DNA of 64,000 nt, from positions 62,001 through 126,000 of the forward strand of contig CAYMEV010000002.1 in assembly GCA_964389675.1 (NCBI GenBank). Reading direction: 5' to 3'. The stretch is from an uncultured Candidatus Sumerlaeota bacterium (lineage in GTDB: Bacteria; CAYMEV01). The translations under genes were made by a program, and so were the position numbers. Shown here in pieces: positions 50,015 to 59,509 of the stretch. Each line of letters starts with the position of its first letter. Positions within the stretch are counted from its first letter, which is position 1. The notes under the pieces were generated by a model. The model was not told the DNA's origin and searched no databases. It saw nothing but the letters and a program-made list of their open reading frames with translations.

Positions 50015-50172
50015 TCTATTCTCCGGAATCCTTACTGCTTTTAATATTGATGTTTATATAATACCGGAATAAAAAATAAAATCAAACATTTTGTGAGCAT
50101 GCCAAATATTACTTTACTATAAGAAATGTTTGTTTATAATGCTTTTGTATTTTCTGTTGAAAGGAGCCGGGG

Positions 50173-51612
50173 ATGATCCGGAACGAAAATAAGAGATTGT
50201 TCCTTATAGGCCTTGATTGTGCAGAACCTGACCTCATCTTTAAAAGGTGGAAGGATAAACTGCCTGCATTCAGGTATATTATGAATAAGGGTATATATGC
50301 CCATCTTGAGAGCACCATACCTGCCATTACAGTTCCGGCATGGGTATCAATGGTTACTGGAAAAGATCCGGGTGAACTTGGCATTTATGGTTTCAGGAAC
50401 CGTAAGGCTTATGACTACAGCGAGCTGTATATTCCAAATTCAACCAGTGTCAGGGATAAAGCAATATGGGAATATCTGGATCTTTACAACAAGAGGTCCT
50501 TTATTATGGGTGTTCCCATGACATATCCTGTAAAAAGGATAAACGGGATTATGGTTTCAGGATTCCTTACTCCCGATACCGATTCTGAATATACATATCC
50601 TAACGGGTTCAGAAATGACATAAAAAACCTGATAGGTGAATACATAATTGATATAAAAAATTTCAGGACAGAGGATAAGGAATGGCTTTTAAGGCAGATA
50701 ATCCTGATGACAGGTAAAAGGTTCGAACTCTTTTTGAAGGTAAATAAAATGTTCAGGTTCGATTTTTCCATGATTGTAGAGATGGGAACAGACAGGATGC
50801 ACCACGGGTTCTGGAGTTATATGGCTGAAGACCACCCCAGGCATATAGCAGGAAATCCTTATGAAAATACTATCTATGAATACTATAAGCTTATTGATAA
50901 TTTTCTTGGAAAGATAATAGAAGAATTCAGTGAAACAGCTGATATAATGATAGTCTCTGACCACGGCGCAAAGACAATGAAGGGGGGATTCAATGTCAAT
51001 CAGTGGCTTATGGAAAAAGGGTACCTTGTATTGAAAAACAGGAAAGAAGGTGTGCAGAAATTTTCCAATGATGATATTGACTGGGCGATGACCAAAGCAT
51101 GGAGTTCTGGCGGTTATTATTCGAGGATCTTTCTTAATGTTAAGAACAGGGAACCTGATGGTACAGTAGAGGAAGCAGACTACAATAACTTTCTTGAGCA
51201 GATTAAGCAGGAGCTGGAAAGTGTAAAGGGGCCAGATGGAAAGACTCTGGGAAATCTTGGTTTCATTCCAAAAGAGATCTACAAGAAGGTTAATAATATA
51301 CCCCCTGATCTGATCCTTTATCCTGCCAATCTGGACTATCGCTCTATAGGAAGTATCGGTCATAACTCATTCTTCAGCCCAGAAAATGACACGGGTCCTG
51401 ATGATGCAAACCATTCTCAGAACGGGCTCTTTATGTATCTTGGTGATAATACTGATAAAAAAGGCTATATTGGAAAATGGAGCATATGCGATATTGCAAG
51501 CACTGCGGTGAAGTTTTTCAAAATATCCTCCCATTCCAGCAAGGCTGCAAATATACTTGCCGATGCTAAATCAAAGAATATCATATTTATGGATGATCAA
51601 GGTGCTGATTAA
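50173..51612 (+). CDS. Alkaline-phosphatase superfamily protein (type I phosphodiesterase/nucleotide pyrophosphatase)
   Basis: IGLDCA, STIPAITVPAW (Thr nucleophile), DRMHHGFW, VSDHG, GPDDANH. Confidence 0.88.
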   Translation: MIRNENKRLFLIGLDCAEPDLIFKRWKDKLPAFRYIMNKGIYAHLESTIPAITVPAWVSMVTGKDPGELGIYGFRNRKAYDYSELYIPNSTSVRDKAIWEYLDLYNKRSFIMGVPMTYPVKRINGIMVSGFLTPDTDSEYTYPNGFRNDIKNLIGEYIIDIKNFRTEDKEWLLRQIILMTGKRFELFLKVNKMFRFDFSMIVEMGTDRMHHGFWSYMAEDHPRHIAGNPYENTIYEYYKLIDNFLGKIIEEFSETADIMIVSDHGAKTMKGGFNVNQWLMEKGYLVLKNRKEGVQKFSNDDIDWAMTKAWSSGGYYSRIFLNVKNREPDGTVEEADYNNFLEQIKQELESVKGPDGKTLGNLGFIPKEIYKKVNNIPPDLILYPANLDYRSIGSIGHNSFFSPENDTGPDDANHSQNGLFMYLGDNTDKKGYIGKWSICDIASTAVKFFKISSHSSKAANILADAKSKNIIFMDDQGAD

Positions 51613-51621
51613 TTAATAAAT

Positions 51622-52704
51622 TCAGCCTGAATATTTCTTCAGCAGCCTCAGTATTCCACTGAAGGAGAAAAAGATGCTCAGTGTGAGGAAACACTCATAA
51701 GTGCAGCAGCACCCATTATTTTTGATATAATTGACTATCTCTCTCCTTTTTTCTGAAAACCATATTTTCCTAAAATCAAAATCTGTTTTTTTGAGGTCCC
51801 CTATGGGTTTTTCAAGTATTTCACATGGCATTACGACACCGTCTGAAAGTATGACAGCCCCAAGCTGTGCCGCCAGGCATGGCACTATCTGCTTTTTTCT
51901 TTCCAGTCTTTCTTTTATTATATAAGGCCTGACTGTTCTTATGGCGTTTATCACTCCAGCGAAAGGAAAGCCTTTATAGCCCTTGAGGTGCCCCCTTTTA
52001 ACCTCATCTTCAAGAAATTCAGAAAACTTCATGTATTTTTCTATATCAAAGTCCATTGCCTTCTTTTCACGGGGATTGCCTCTTACCAGAAGATGGTTGA
52101 TGGTTTTGACCCCAAGGTCCTTCTGCAGGAATTGATAAATATCATATACCTTGTCAATATTATATGCAGATACAGTAAGGCCTATATTAGCATTGAATTT
52201 AGGGTGGCTGTATTCAAGTTTTTTAAGCTCCCTGAAAGTATATACTGCTTTCCTGAAGCTTTCAGGATTGTTCCTGATATAATTATGGTCCCCTCCAATC
52301 CCGTCTATGCTTACATCTACAGCAAGGTCCACTTCAGGAAGTTCATCCAGGATTTTTTCTGTATGCAGTATCACTTTATCAGTAAGGGAGCCATTGGTTG
52401 GTATTCCAATATTGCATACCCTGTTGTTCCGTGCAAATATTTTAACTATTTCAACTATATCATCTCTTAAAAACGGTTCTCCCCCTGTAGGAAGCAAGAA
52501 AAGCAGCCTGCCCAGTGACTGGGATAATTTCTCAAGATCATCTAAAGACATTTCGTAGCTGTCTTTTATTAAACCCTGGCCAAGCAGGCAATGCCTGCAG
52601 GCAAGGGTGCATCTGGATGTAATGAACAAAACAAGGTAGATAGGAAGGCTTTGCTTTTTGAAAAAGAGTCTGCTGGAAAATTTTATATAATCAAGGGGTT
52701 TCAC
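51622..52704 (-). CDS. Radical SAM protein with Twitch/SPASM-type C-terminal domain
   Basis: CTLACRHC (CxxxCxxC), TGGEPFLR, TNG, SIDG; C-terminal C..A...G.V.PCE and CCCTYEC. Confidence 0.9.
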   Translation of the reverse strand: MKPLDYIKFSSRLFFKKQSLPIYLVLFITSRCTLACRHCLLGQGLIKDSYEMSLDDLEKLSQSLGRLLFLLPTGGEPFLRDDIVEIVKIFARNNRVCNIGIPTNGSLTDKVILHTEKILDELPEVDLAVDVSIDGIGGDHNYIRNNPESFRKAVYTFRELKKLEYSHPKFNANIGLTVSAYNIDKVYDIYQFLQKDLGVKTINHLLVRGNPREKKAMDFDIEKYMKFSEFLEDEVKRGHLKGYKGFPFAGVINAIRTVRPYIIKERLERKKQIVPCLAAQLGAVILSDGVVMPCEILEKPIGDLKKTDFDFRKIWFSEKRREIVNYIKNNGCCCTYECFLTLSIFFSFSGILRLLKKYSG

Positions 52705-52707
52705 CGC

Positions 52708-53688
52708 CTAGTACCTTTTCCTTAAGATGAAATAGTGGAGAAGACCGAAAACCAGCCCTGATAATACAATAAACGAATCAAAGATCATAAATATAATAGA
52801 TTTCAGGAGAAAGGAAGCTCCCTTTTTTATATATGCATAATATAGGAACTTCCGGTTGAAAAACAGGTAGAGAAACAAAAAGCATAAAGATATAATAAGA
52901 TTGAAAGGCTTAAGTTTATAAAGCACAATAAAAAAAGCAGATATTGCCGGAAACGGGACAGAAAGAATGAAAGAGAGAGGTACTGAGCTCTGGTTCCTTC
53001 TCTGGAAATTGCTCCATTTTTCTCTGAGTACTATTTTCAGAAGGCCGCAGGTTCTTAAAAAATCCGTTTTTATGAGGCTTTTAAGTGTATATTCCTTTTT
53101 ATGCTGGATCTGGAGGTCCTTTATGACAACAGTCAGGTAGCCGTTATTTGCCATTTTTCTTCCAAATGCAGTATCCTCTACATTGGGCTTTACATAGTTA
53201 ACATCGAAGCCTCCGAGTCTTTCAAAGTCCTTTTTCCTTATGGCAGCACAGGAGGTATAAAATGAATGTATATATTTTGGCAGATGAGAAAATGTATAGT
53301 TCATCCAGAGGTTTTTAAACCTTGAGAAAAAACTGCCATAGGGTACAGCAATTGATTCTATGCCAACAGCGCCGGCTATTCTGCTTTCTGTTAAGGCTTC
53401 CTTTATAAGACTCAGTGCATTCTCAGGAAGGATAATATCCGCATCAATAAACAGGATAATATCCCCTTTTGCATATTTAGATCCGGTATTTCTTGCATGA
53501 GCTACGCCGGTCCCATTGTTCTTTACTACAGTAACATTATGCTTTTTAAGGAGATTGATGCTGTTATCTGAGCTGTGGTCATCAACAACTATGGTTTCAA
53601 GGCTCTTATGATCCTGTGCTGAAATTGATCTAAGCGTATATTCTAATGTCTTTTCACCGTTCTTGACTGGTATTATAATGCTTATCAA
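52708..53688 (-). CDS. Glycosyltransferase family 2 with C-terminal TM helices
   Basis: SIIIPVKN, VVDDHSSD, ARNTG, FIDAD, GGFD, VED. Confidence 0.9.
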   Translation of the reverse strand: MISIIIPVKNGEKTLEYTLRSISAQDHKSLETIVVDDHSSDNSINLLKKHNVTVVKNNGTGVAHARNTGSKYAKGDIILFIDADIILPENALSLIKEALTESRIAGAVGIESIAVPYGSFFSRFKNLWMNYTFSHLPKYIHSFYTSCAAIRKKDFERLGGFDVNYVKPNVEDTAFGRKMANNGYLTVVIKDLQIQHKKEYTLKSLIKTDFLRTCGLLKIVLREKWSNFQRRNQSSVPLSFILSVPFPAISAFFIVLYKLKPFNLIISLCFLFLYLFFNRKFLYYAYIKKGASFLLKSIIFMIFDSFIVLSGLVFGLLHYFILRKRY

Positions 53689-53700
53689 AATGCATATCCT

Positions 53701-54660
53701 TTAATCTATGTATACAGGTATATCTATATATGGATGCCTTTCTTCGTCAATCATTAATTCAATATGATATACCCCGGGCTTATTTATTATTTTTTTTAGC
53801 ATAATTTCAAGAATTTTTACAAAATCATCTTCACCTGTCCTGATACTGATATCAAAAATGCCCCTGTCAAAAACAGCTTCGCTAACATTGAAGTCTGATT
53901 TTTCAGAGTTTATCAGATGAATGAGGAAAGGCTGCCTTTTTTTTGAATTGCCCTGGAAATGAGCTCCAAGGGGCAGCACATTTATTAGTGGCTTAATGGA
54001 TGTATTTATATTCAGGACAATCCTGCCATGGTTTGTTTCTATTGCAAGAAAATCCATATATGAACCTGGCTGGATCTGCTCAGAATATGCTATTATTATC
54101 TCCTTTGAGGACTTTATTCCTTCTGTCGGGGCATGATCAATGTCCAGTGCCTTGGCATGTAGGTGTTCATTGCTTTTTGTAAGGTCCTTTATTTCAAGTG
54201 TATTGAAAATACTGCACAGGTACGCCCTGTATACATTTCTGCTTCCCGGATACTGCTCGATGTTTATAAAATCATGAGGATAAAGCAATACGGGCTCCAT
54301 TACACTATAGATAAAAAATATCTTTATATCAGGGCTATCAGGATCATTTGTATGGAGTCTTAAATAAGTATCCTCTTCTCCTCTCATTAAAATTGAAAAG
54401 GCAAAAAATTTCTTTTCACCGGGAGGTATAATAAATTCGCCTGTTTCAATAAATATATTAGGGGATGCTTCAGCAGGACTTATTATAAGGGATGTATCAC
54501 CTGAGTTGCTTATCCATATTTTTTCCCTTAAAGCTGTTCCTTTACAAAAGCAGCCAAGATTCAGCACAGTCTTTTCAAGGTCAATTACCGGCGCAGAAGA
54601 CAGGATGCCCTCTGAAGAAAAAAAAACCAAAATTAATGCGATAAGAATTTTTATCTTCAT
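53701..54660 (-). CDS. Secreted Ig-like protein (DUF1573-like)
   Basis: Signal peptide; ISNSGDTSLII...IPPGE...LHTNDP motifs. Confidence 0.65.
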   Translation of the reverse strand: MKIKILIALILVFFSSEGILSSAPVIDLEKTVLNLGCFCKGTALREKIWISNSGDTSLIISPAEASPNIFIETGEFIIPPGEKKFFAFSILMRGEEDTYLRLHTNDPDSPDIKIFFIYSVMEPVLLYPHDFINIEQYPGSRNVYRAYLCSIFNTLEIKDLTKSNEHLHAKALDIDHAPTEGIKSSKEIIIAYSEQIQPGSYMDFLAIETNHGRIVLNINTSIKPLINVLPLGAHFQGNSKKRQPFLIHLINSEKSDFNVSEAVFDRGIFDISIRTGEDDFVKILEIMLKKIINKPGVYHIELMIDEERHPYIDIPVYID

Positions 54661-54724
54661 AATATCAGCCTTTTATATTAGATTAATAATAAATATAAAT
54701 CGAGAAAAATTAGGAGCAGTAAAA

Positions 54725-57241
54725 ATGATTAAGGATCTAATGAGGACTGTTTATCTGGATAACGGGCTTAAGGTCATAGTGGTAGAGAACAGGAAGAATC
54801 CTATACTTACTACTCATGTATGGATCAATGTAGGAGTGCTTGATGAGGAGGACAATACAAGGGAAATATCTCACCTTCTGGAGCACCTGCTCTTCCAGAA
54901 CCAGGAATATGTCGACAGGATAAATGCAGTTGGGGGTGAGTACAATGGTTTAACCGGCCTTGATTATACCTATTATTACAATGTGGTTCCATCCGAATTC
55001 CAGGAGGTCAGCCTGGAAGTACTTAGAAGCATTGTTCTTGGGCCTTTATTTCTTGACTCGCAGATAGAAAAGGAAAGGAAGATAGTGACCGAGGAGATGT
55101 TTCAGTATAAGGACACTCCCAACAGAATTATCCTGGACCGGCTCTTTAAGCTAAGCTACAAAAACAGCAGGTTTTCCCGGGGTTTATTGTCAACGGATGT
55201 CCCGGTATTACAAAAAAGCCATATCCTTAATCACTATAACAGGTACTACAGGCCGGAAAATGCATGTATTATTGTTGTTGGAGATGTAGAGCTTAAAAAA
55301 ACGATGAAGCTTGTTGAAAGGTATTTTGGTGACTGGGAAAGGGGCAACTACCTCTCATCATTAAGGCCCAAGGAACCAGAGCAGAATGAGATGAGATACA
55401 ACTATGAGCAGATGGATATTCAGTATAATATGAGCGGGCTTTTATTCAAGTTTGACAGGCCGAATTCCAGGGATATGCTCAAGATAAACCTTCTTGTTGA
55501 GATATTATCTTCAGCAAGAAGCTCCAGGTTCAGGAAGAACATTGTCGAAAAAGGGCTGGTACAGCTTCTGGATGCAGATATATTTGAGACCAAGGAAAAC
55601 AGGATACCATTCTTTATATTTGCCATACAGGATGAAAAGAGGAGTATTATGGATGGCTTAAGTGCCATACTGGACGAGATCGAAAAGATTAAGACATATC
55701 CGATAACAAGTTCAGAGCTTGAAAAAGCTGTGAACATCCTTAAGAGGACCTATGTCCAGAAATTTGAGAGAATCGAGGGTATTGCTGAATCAATAGGGTA
55801 TGCCGAGATCTTTGACAAATACGATTTTCTTGATGAATACCTGAATATGCTTGAAGAAATAGCCCCCAAGGATATAAATGATATAGCCCTTAAGTATCTT
55901 AAGACCAATAATCTGAATATCATGTGCCTGTATCCCAACAAGCCTTCGATGCAGATACCCGTACTGGAGGATTTTAAGAGAGATATATATGAAAAGCAGA
56001 GAAGCATAATATCCAAAGAGTCAGATCATACTCTTAAGAATGGCATATCGGTATATATAAATGAAATGCATCATATCCCTATATCTTATATATCTGTGCT
56101 GGTGGGAGGCGGGTCACGCTGCGAGACGAACCAGATATCCGGCATTTCATATATTTTATCCAAACTTAGCCTCAGAGAGACGAGAGAATATACAAATGAT
56201 GAGCTTACCAGCATGCTTGACTTTTTAGGCGGATCAATAAACACATCTGTTACCCAGGATTATCTTATGTATAATGCTGTATTTCTTCCACATAATATTG
56301 AACAGAGCCTGAGACTGCTTTCAGAGATAATATTCTACCCTACTTTTCCGAAAGATTTTATGGAGATTGAAAAGAATAATGCTGTGACTTCTATAAATAC
56401 AATTCGGAATAATATCACACTGTACTGCCTCAAACTCTTTTACAGGTACCTGTTCAATGACACAGGCTATGGCCTGTATCCAGACGGTGATACCGACAGC
56501 ATAATGAGCCTGGACCAGCATCAAATTAATAAATGGCATAGAATGTACTTCCACCCGGAAAATATGATAATATCAGCTGTAGGCGATGTTGATACTCAGC
56601 ATTTAATAAGCAGGATCGAGCATTATTTCGGAGAGAAGAAGGATTACGAATCAGAGATGAAAAGCATTAAAACTGATATAAATCAAGGGGGAAATGAGTA
56701 TATAGAGTATATTGAGAATCTTAACCAGACGGGAATAATAATGGGGGGGATTGCTCCTGCCATTGTTTCTGAAGACAGCATAGCTTTTGAAATGCTTATT
56801 AATATTCTTGGAAGGACCATGGATTCAAGGCTATTTAAAAGGCTCAGGCTTGATAAGAAGCTTTGCTACTCAGTTTTCAGCAGTTATAACGGCTATATGG
56901 ATTGTGGCTGTTATTATATATATCTTTCCACAACAGACCCGGAAGCTGCAATTCAGGAAATATACAATGTATTGAAGGATCTTAAGGCTAATCCGCCAAA
57001 AAAGGATGAAATCCAAAAAAAGAAGAATCTGATAATAGGAAATCATAAAATAAGCAATGAATCTCTGGAATTCCAATGCAGTCAGCTTACCAGGAGCAAG
57101 TACAGGTTTAATAACTGGAATTATAACAGGAGTAGAATGGAAAAGATAAGGGATATCAGTGACAGTGAAATTATTGAAATGGTTGATAAGTACATAGATC
57201 CTGATAAAATGATCAGGGTTCTTATAACAAAAAAGCAGTAA
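54725..57241 (+). CDS. M16 family zinc metallopeptidase (PqqL-like, fused two-half form)
   Basis: LDNGLKV, HLLEHLLF (HxxEH), EKERKIVTEE, YYRPEN; inactive second half with SRLF..LR. ATG at 54725 after an AGGAG RBS. Confidence 0.92.
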   Translation: MIKDLMRTVYLDNGLKVIVVENRKNPILTTHVWINVGVLDEEDNTREISHLLEHLLFQNQEYVDRINAVGGEYNGLTGLDYTYYYNVVPSEFQEVSLEVLRSIVLGPLFLDSQIEKERKIVTEEMFQYKDTPNRIILDRLFKLSYKNSRFSRGLLSTDVPVLQKSHILNHYNRYYRPENACIIVVGDVELKKTMKLVERYFGDWERGNYLSSLRPKEPEQNEMRYNYEQMDIQYNMSGLLFKFDRPNSRDMLKINLLVEILSSARSSRFRKNIVEKGLVQLLDADIFETKENRIPFFIFAIQDEKRSIMDGLSAILDEIEKIKTYPITSSELEKAVNILKRTYVQKFERIEGIAESIGYAEIFDKYDFLDEYLNMLEEIAPKDINDIALKYLKTNNLNIMCLYPNKPSMQIPVLEDFKRDIYEKQRSIISKESDHTLKNGISVYINEMHHIPISYISVLVGGGSRCETNQISGISYILSKLSLRETREYTNDELTSMLDFLGGSINTSVTQDYLMYNAVFLPHNIEQSLRLLSEIIFYPTFPKDFMEIEKNNAVTSINTIRNNITLYCLKLFYRYLFNDTGYGLYPDGDTDSIMSLDQHQINKWHRMYFHPENMIISAVGDVDTQHLISRIEHYFGEKKDYESEMKSIKTDINQGGNEYIEYIENLNQTGIIMGGIAPAIVSEDSIAFEMLINILGRTMDSRLFKRLRLDKKLCYSVFSSYNGYMDCGCYYIYLSTTDPEAAIQEIYNVLKDLKANPPKKDEIQKKKNLIIGNHKISNESLEFQCSQLTRSKYRFNNWNYNRSRMEKIRDISDSEIIEMVDKYIDPDKMIRVLITKKQ

Positions 57242-57250
57242 ATTTTTGAT

Positions 57251-57279
57251 TTTACATTATTATTTTTAAGGTATATAAT
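57251..57279 (+). promoter_or_regulatory. Putative sigma70 promoter TTTACA-17-TATAAT
   Basis: Near-consensus hexamers with 17-bp spacer, 41 bp upstream of the kinase ATG. Confidence 0.65.
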
Positions 57280-57320
57280 CCCATTTGTAATTTATTATAA
57301 TCCATGAATATTTATGAAAA

Positions 57321-59501
57321 ATGAACAGACAAAATGACATTAATGGTGATGACAATATGATATTAGGCCCTTATGAAATTATCGAGAAGATTGGAGAGGG
57401 TGGGTTTGGAATAGTATATAAGGCAAGAGATAACACTCTCGACAGAGAGGTTGCTGTAAAGGTGCTCTGTATCAAAAGGGATAAGACTCAGGATGACAAG
57501 GGTGGCAAGACTCCTGGAGCAGCTTCATCCCCTGAAATCAAAAAGAAGGAAAAGGCATTTGAGGAGAGGTTTATCAAGGAAGCCCAGAATGCTGCCAAAT
57601 TGGATCATAGCAATATTGCAAAGATTTATTATGCCGGCGTTGAGAAAAGCCTGAGATTTTTTGCAATGGAATATATAGATGGAAGGGGTGTTGATGATAT
57701 ACTGGAGGAGGAAGGGCCCCTGCCGATACAGCTTACGCTTCATATAATCTATTATACGGTCAGCGGACTTGCTGAAGCCCTAAAATACGGGATTATTCAC
57801 AGGGACATCAAACCAAGCAATATAATGATTACTGATGATTATACTGTTAAGATAGTTGATTTTGGACTGTCAAAGATATTATCGGAAAATTCATCAATCA
57901 CAGCAGATGGTTCAGCATTCGGCACACCTTTCTTTATGAGCCCTGAACAGTGCAAAGGAGATCCTCTTGATTTCAGAAGCGATATCTATTCACTGGGTAT
58001 TACAATGTTCTATATGCTTACCCACAAATATCCGTTTGAGGCGGATAAGCCCCTTGCGATTCTAAATAAGCACGTGAACGAAGAGCTGCCGGATGTTTCC
58101 CTTTTCGCGAATGAGACTATAACTCAGGATGTGAAGAATCTCCTTACCAAAATGACAAACAAAAAGCCTGAAGACAGGTACCAAAGCTATGTAGTCCTGC
58201 TCTCAGAGCTTAGAAAACTTAGGCTTAGGTATCCCTTCATTAACGATGAAATAGAAAAGGAAATAATCATTAATGATTCCAGTGCAACAATCTATGGTCC
58301 CGATAAATCACCTGAGGATATTATTGAAGAACACAAAACTATGAAAGAGAGGTTCAAATTTCTCATTAAAGAGGGTGATATCTTTGAGATTGAGGAATTT
58401 CTCATAAGGTACCCTGAAAATGAATATACAAAACTGCTTGAAGAAAAGCTCGCTCATCTGAGAGATGAAGCCGAGATATTCAAGAAGACCGAGATGCTTG
58501 ATGTCTATGAAGAATGGGAAAAATTCATAAAGCTCTTTCCTGAGGGGAAATACAGCCAATATGCCCATGAAAGGCTTGAATTCCTTCGTGAGATAAGGGA
58601 AAAGGAAAATAATAAAAAGGCCCAGAAACTGGAGCTTTTTGAAAGAGCAAAGAAAAAGAACACAAAAGAGGACTATGAACAATTTCTGCTATTATACCCT
58701 AATGCGGAAGAAAGCGTACATATCAGAGGCCTGATGGACAAGCTTGAACAAAGCACCATTACCCATGATGAAAAGAGGAGCACGGAGAAGACAGGCCATT
58801 CCTTTATAAGGCTTATAGAAAAGTCTGAAAGCCTTATAGAAAAAAAAGATTATTCAAGTGCACTGGAAATTGTTACTAATATTTTGTCAAAAAATCCTAA
58901 GCATGCAAAAGCTCAGATGCTCAGGGGAAAAATACTGAAGATTAAGCCAAAGCTTTCTCCCTATTACAAAAGGCATGATTTCAAAATATACAGGATCGCC
59001 ATATACATTATAATACTGCTTTTGCTTGGCAGCATGTTCATCCTTGATCTTTTTATATACAGATCAGTTCTTCCTGTTATAGTGCCTGAGATTACAAAAA
59101 ACTATCTATATCTTGACAGCTATGGGAGCCTTAGGCCAATGCTGAAAAGCGTGGTTTCCGCAGACAGGATATTAAAGGCGGATAAAAACGCTGCCAGAAT
59201 AAGGCATATAGTCGATACCAGAAGAAGCGTTATTGAAGCTGTTCAGGATAAAAGATTCTATTCGCCTGAAGGAAATAACTTCATTTACCACCTGGGCAGG
59301 CTGAAGGAGATAGAAGATAATGAAAAATACTATAATAAGCTTAAATATAATGGTATAAGCAAAATGCTTGAAATTGGAAGCTACCTTGACAGTCTCATGA
59401 AGTATGATGAATCAAGAGTTTTATATGAATATATACTTTCTATCGATCCTGACAATCAAGAGGTATTGAAGAGATTTCGCATTAGAGACTATAACAGATA
59501 A
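57321..59501 (+). CDS. Membrane-spanning Ser/Thr protein kinase (Hanks type)
   Basis: GEGGFG, VAVK, HRDIKPSN, DFG, GTPFFMSPE, helical repeats, one TM near the C-terminus. Confidence 0.92.
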   Translation: MNRQNDINGDDNMILGPYEIIEKIGEGGFGIVYKARDNTLDREVAVKVLCIKRDKTQDDKGGKTPGAASSPEIKKKEKAFEERFIKEAQNAAKLDHSNIAKIYYAGVEKSLRFFAMEYIDGRGVDDILEEEGPLPIQLTLHIIYYTVSGLAEALKYGIIHRDIKPSNIMITDDYTVKIVDFGLSKILSENSSITADGSAFGTPFFMSPEQCKGDPLDFRSDIYSLGITMFYMLTHKYPFEADKPLAILNKHVNEELPDVSLFANETITQDVKNLLTKMTNKKPEDRYQSYVVLLSELRKLRLRYPFINDEIEKEIIINDSSATIYGPDKSPEDIIEEHKTMKERFKFLIKEGDIFEIEEFLIRYPENEYTKLLEEKLAHLRDEAEIFKKTEMLDVYEEWEKFIKLFPEGKYSQYAHERLEFLREIREKENNKKAQKLELFERAKKKNTKEDYEQFLLLYPNAEESVHIRGLMDKLEQSTITHDEKRSTEKTGHSFIRLIEKSESLIEKKDYSSALEIVTNILSKNPKHAKAQMLRGKILKIKPKLSPYYKRHDFKIYRIAIYIIILLLLGSMFILDLFIYRSVLPVIVPEITKNYLYLDSYGSLRPMLKSVVSADRILKADKNAARIRHIVDTRRSVIEAVQDKRFYSPEGNNFIYHLGRLKEIEDNEKYYNKLKYNGISKMLEIGSYLDSLMKYDESRVLYEYILSIDPDNQEVLKRFRIRDYNR

Positions 59502-59509
59502 AATTACCT

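Noticed and set aside
50689-51363. 224-aa antisense ORF and the many other 60-180-aa overlapping ORFs in the track
   Set aside because: They lie antisense or out of frame within well-supported genes and show no recognisable motifs (shadow ORFs).
54506-54724. N-terminal extension of the M16 peptidase ORF
   Set aside because: It overlaps the divergent gene. An ATG at 54725 with an AGGAG RBS fits the family start. Similar over-extended starts were trimmed at 19691, 25531, 30375 and 34494.
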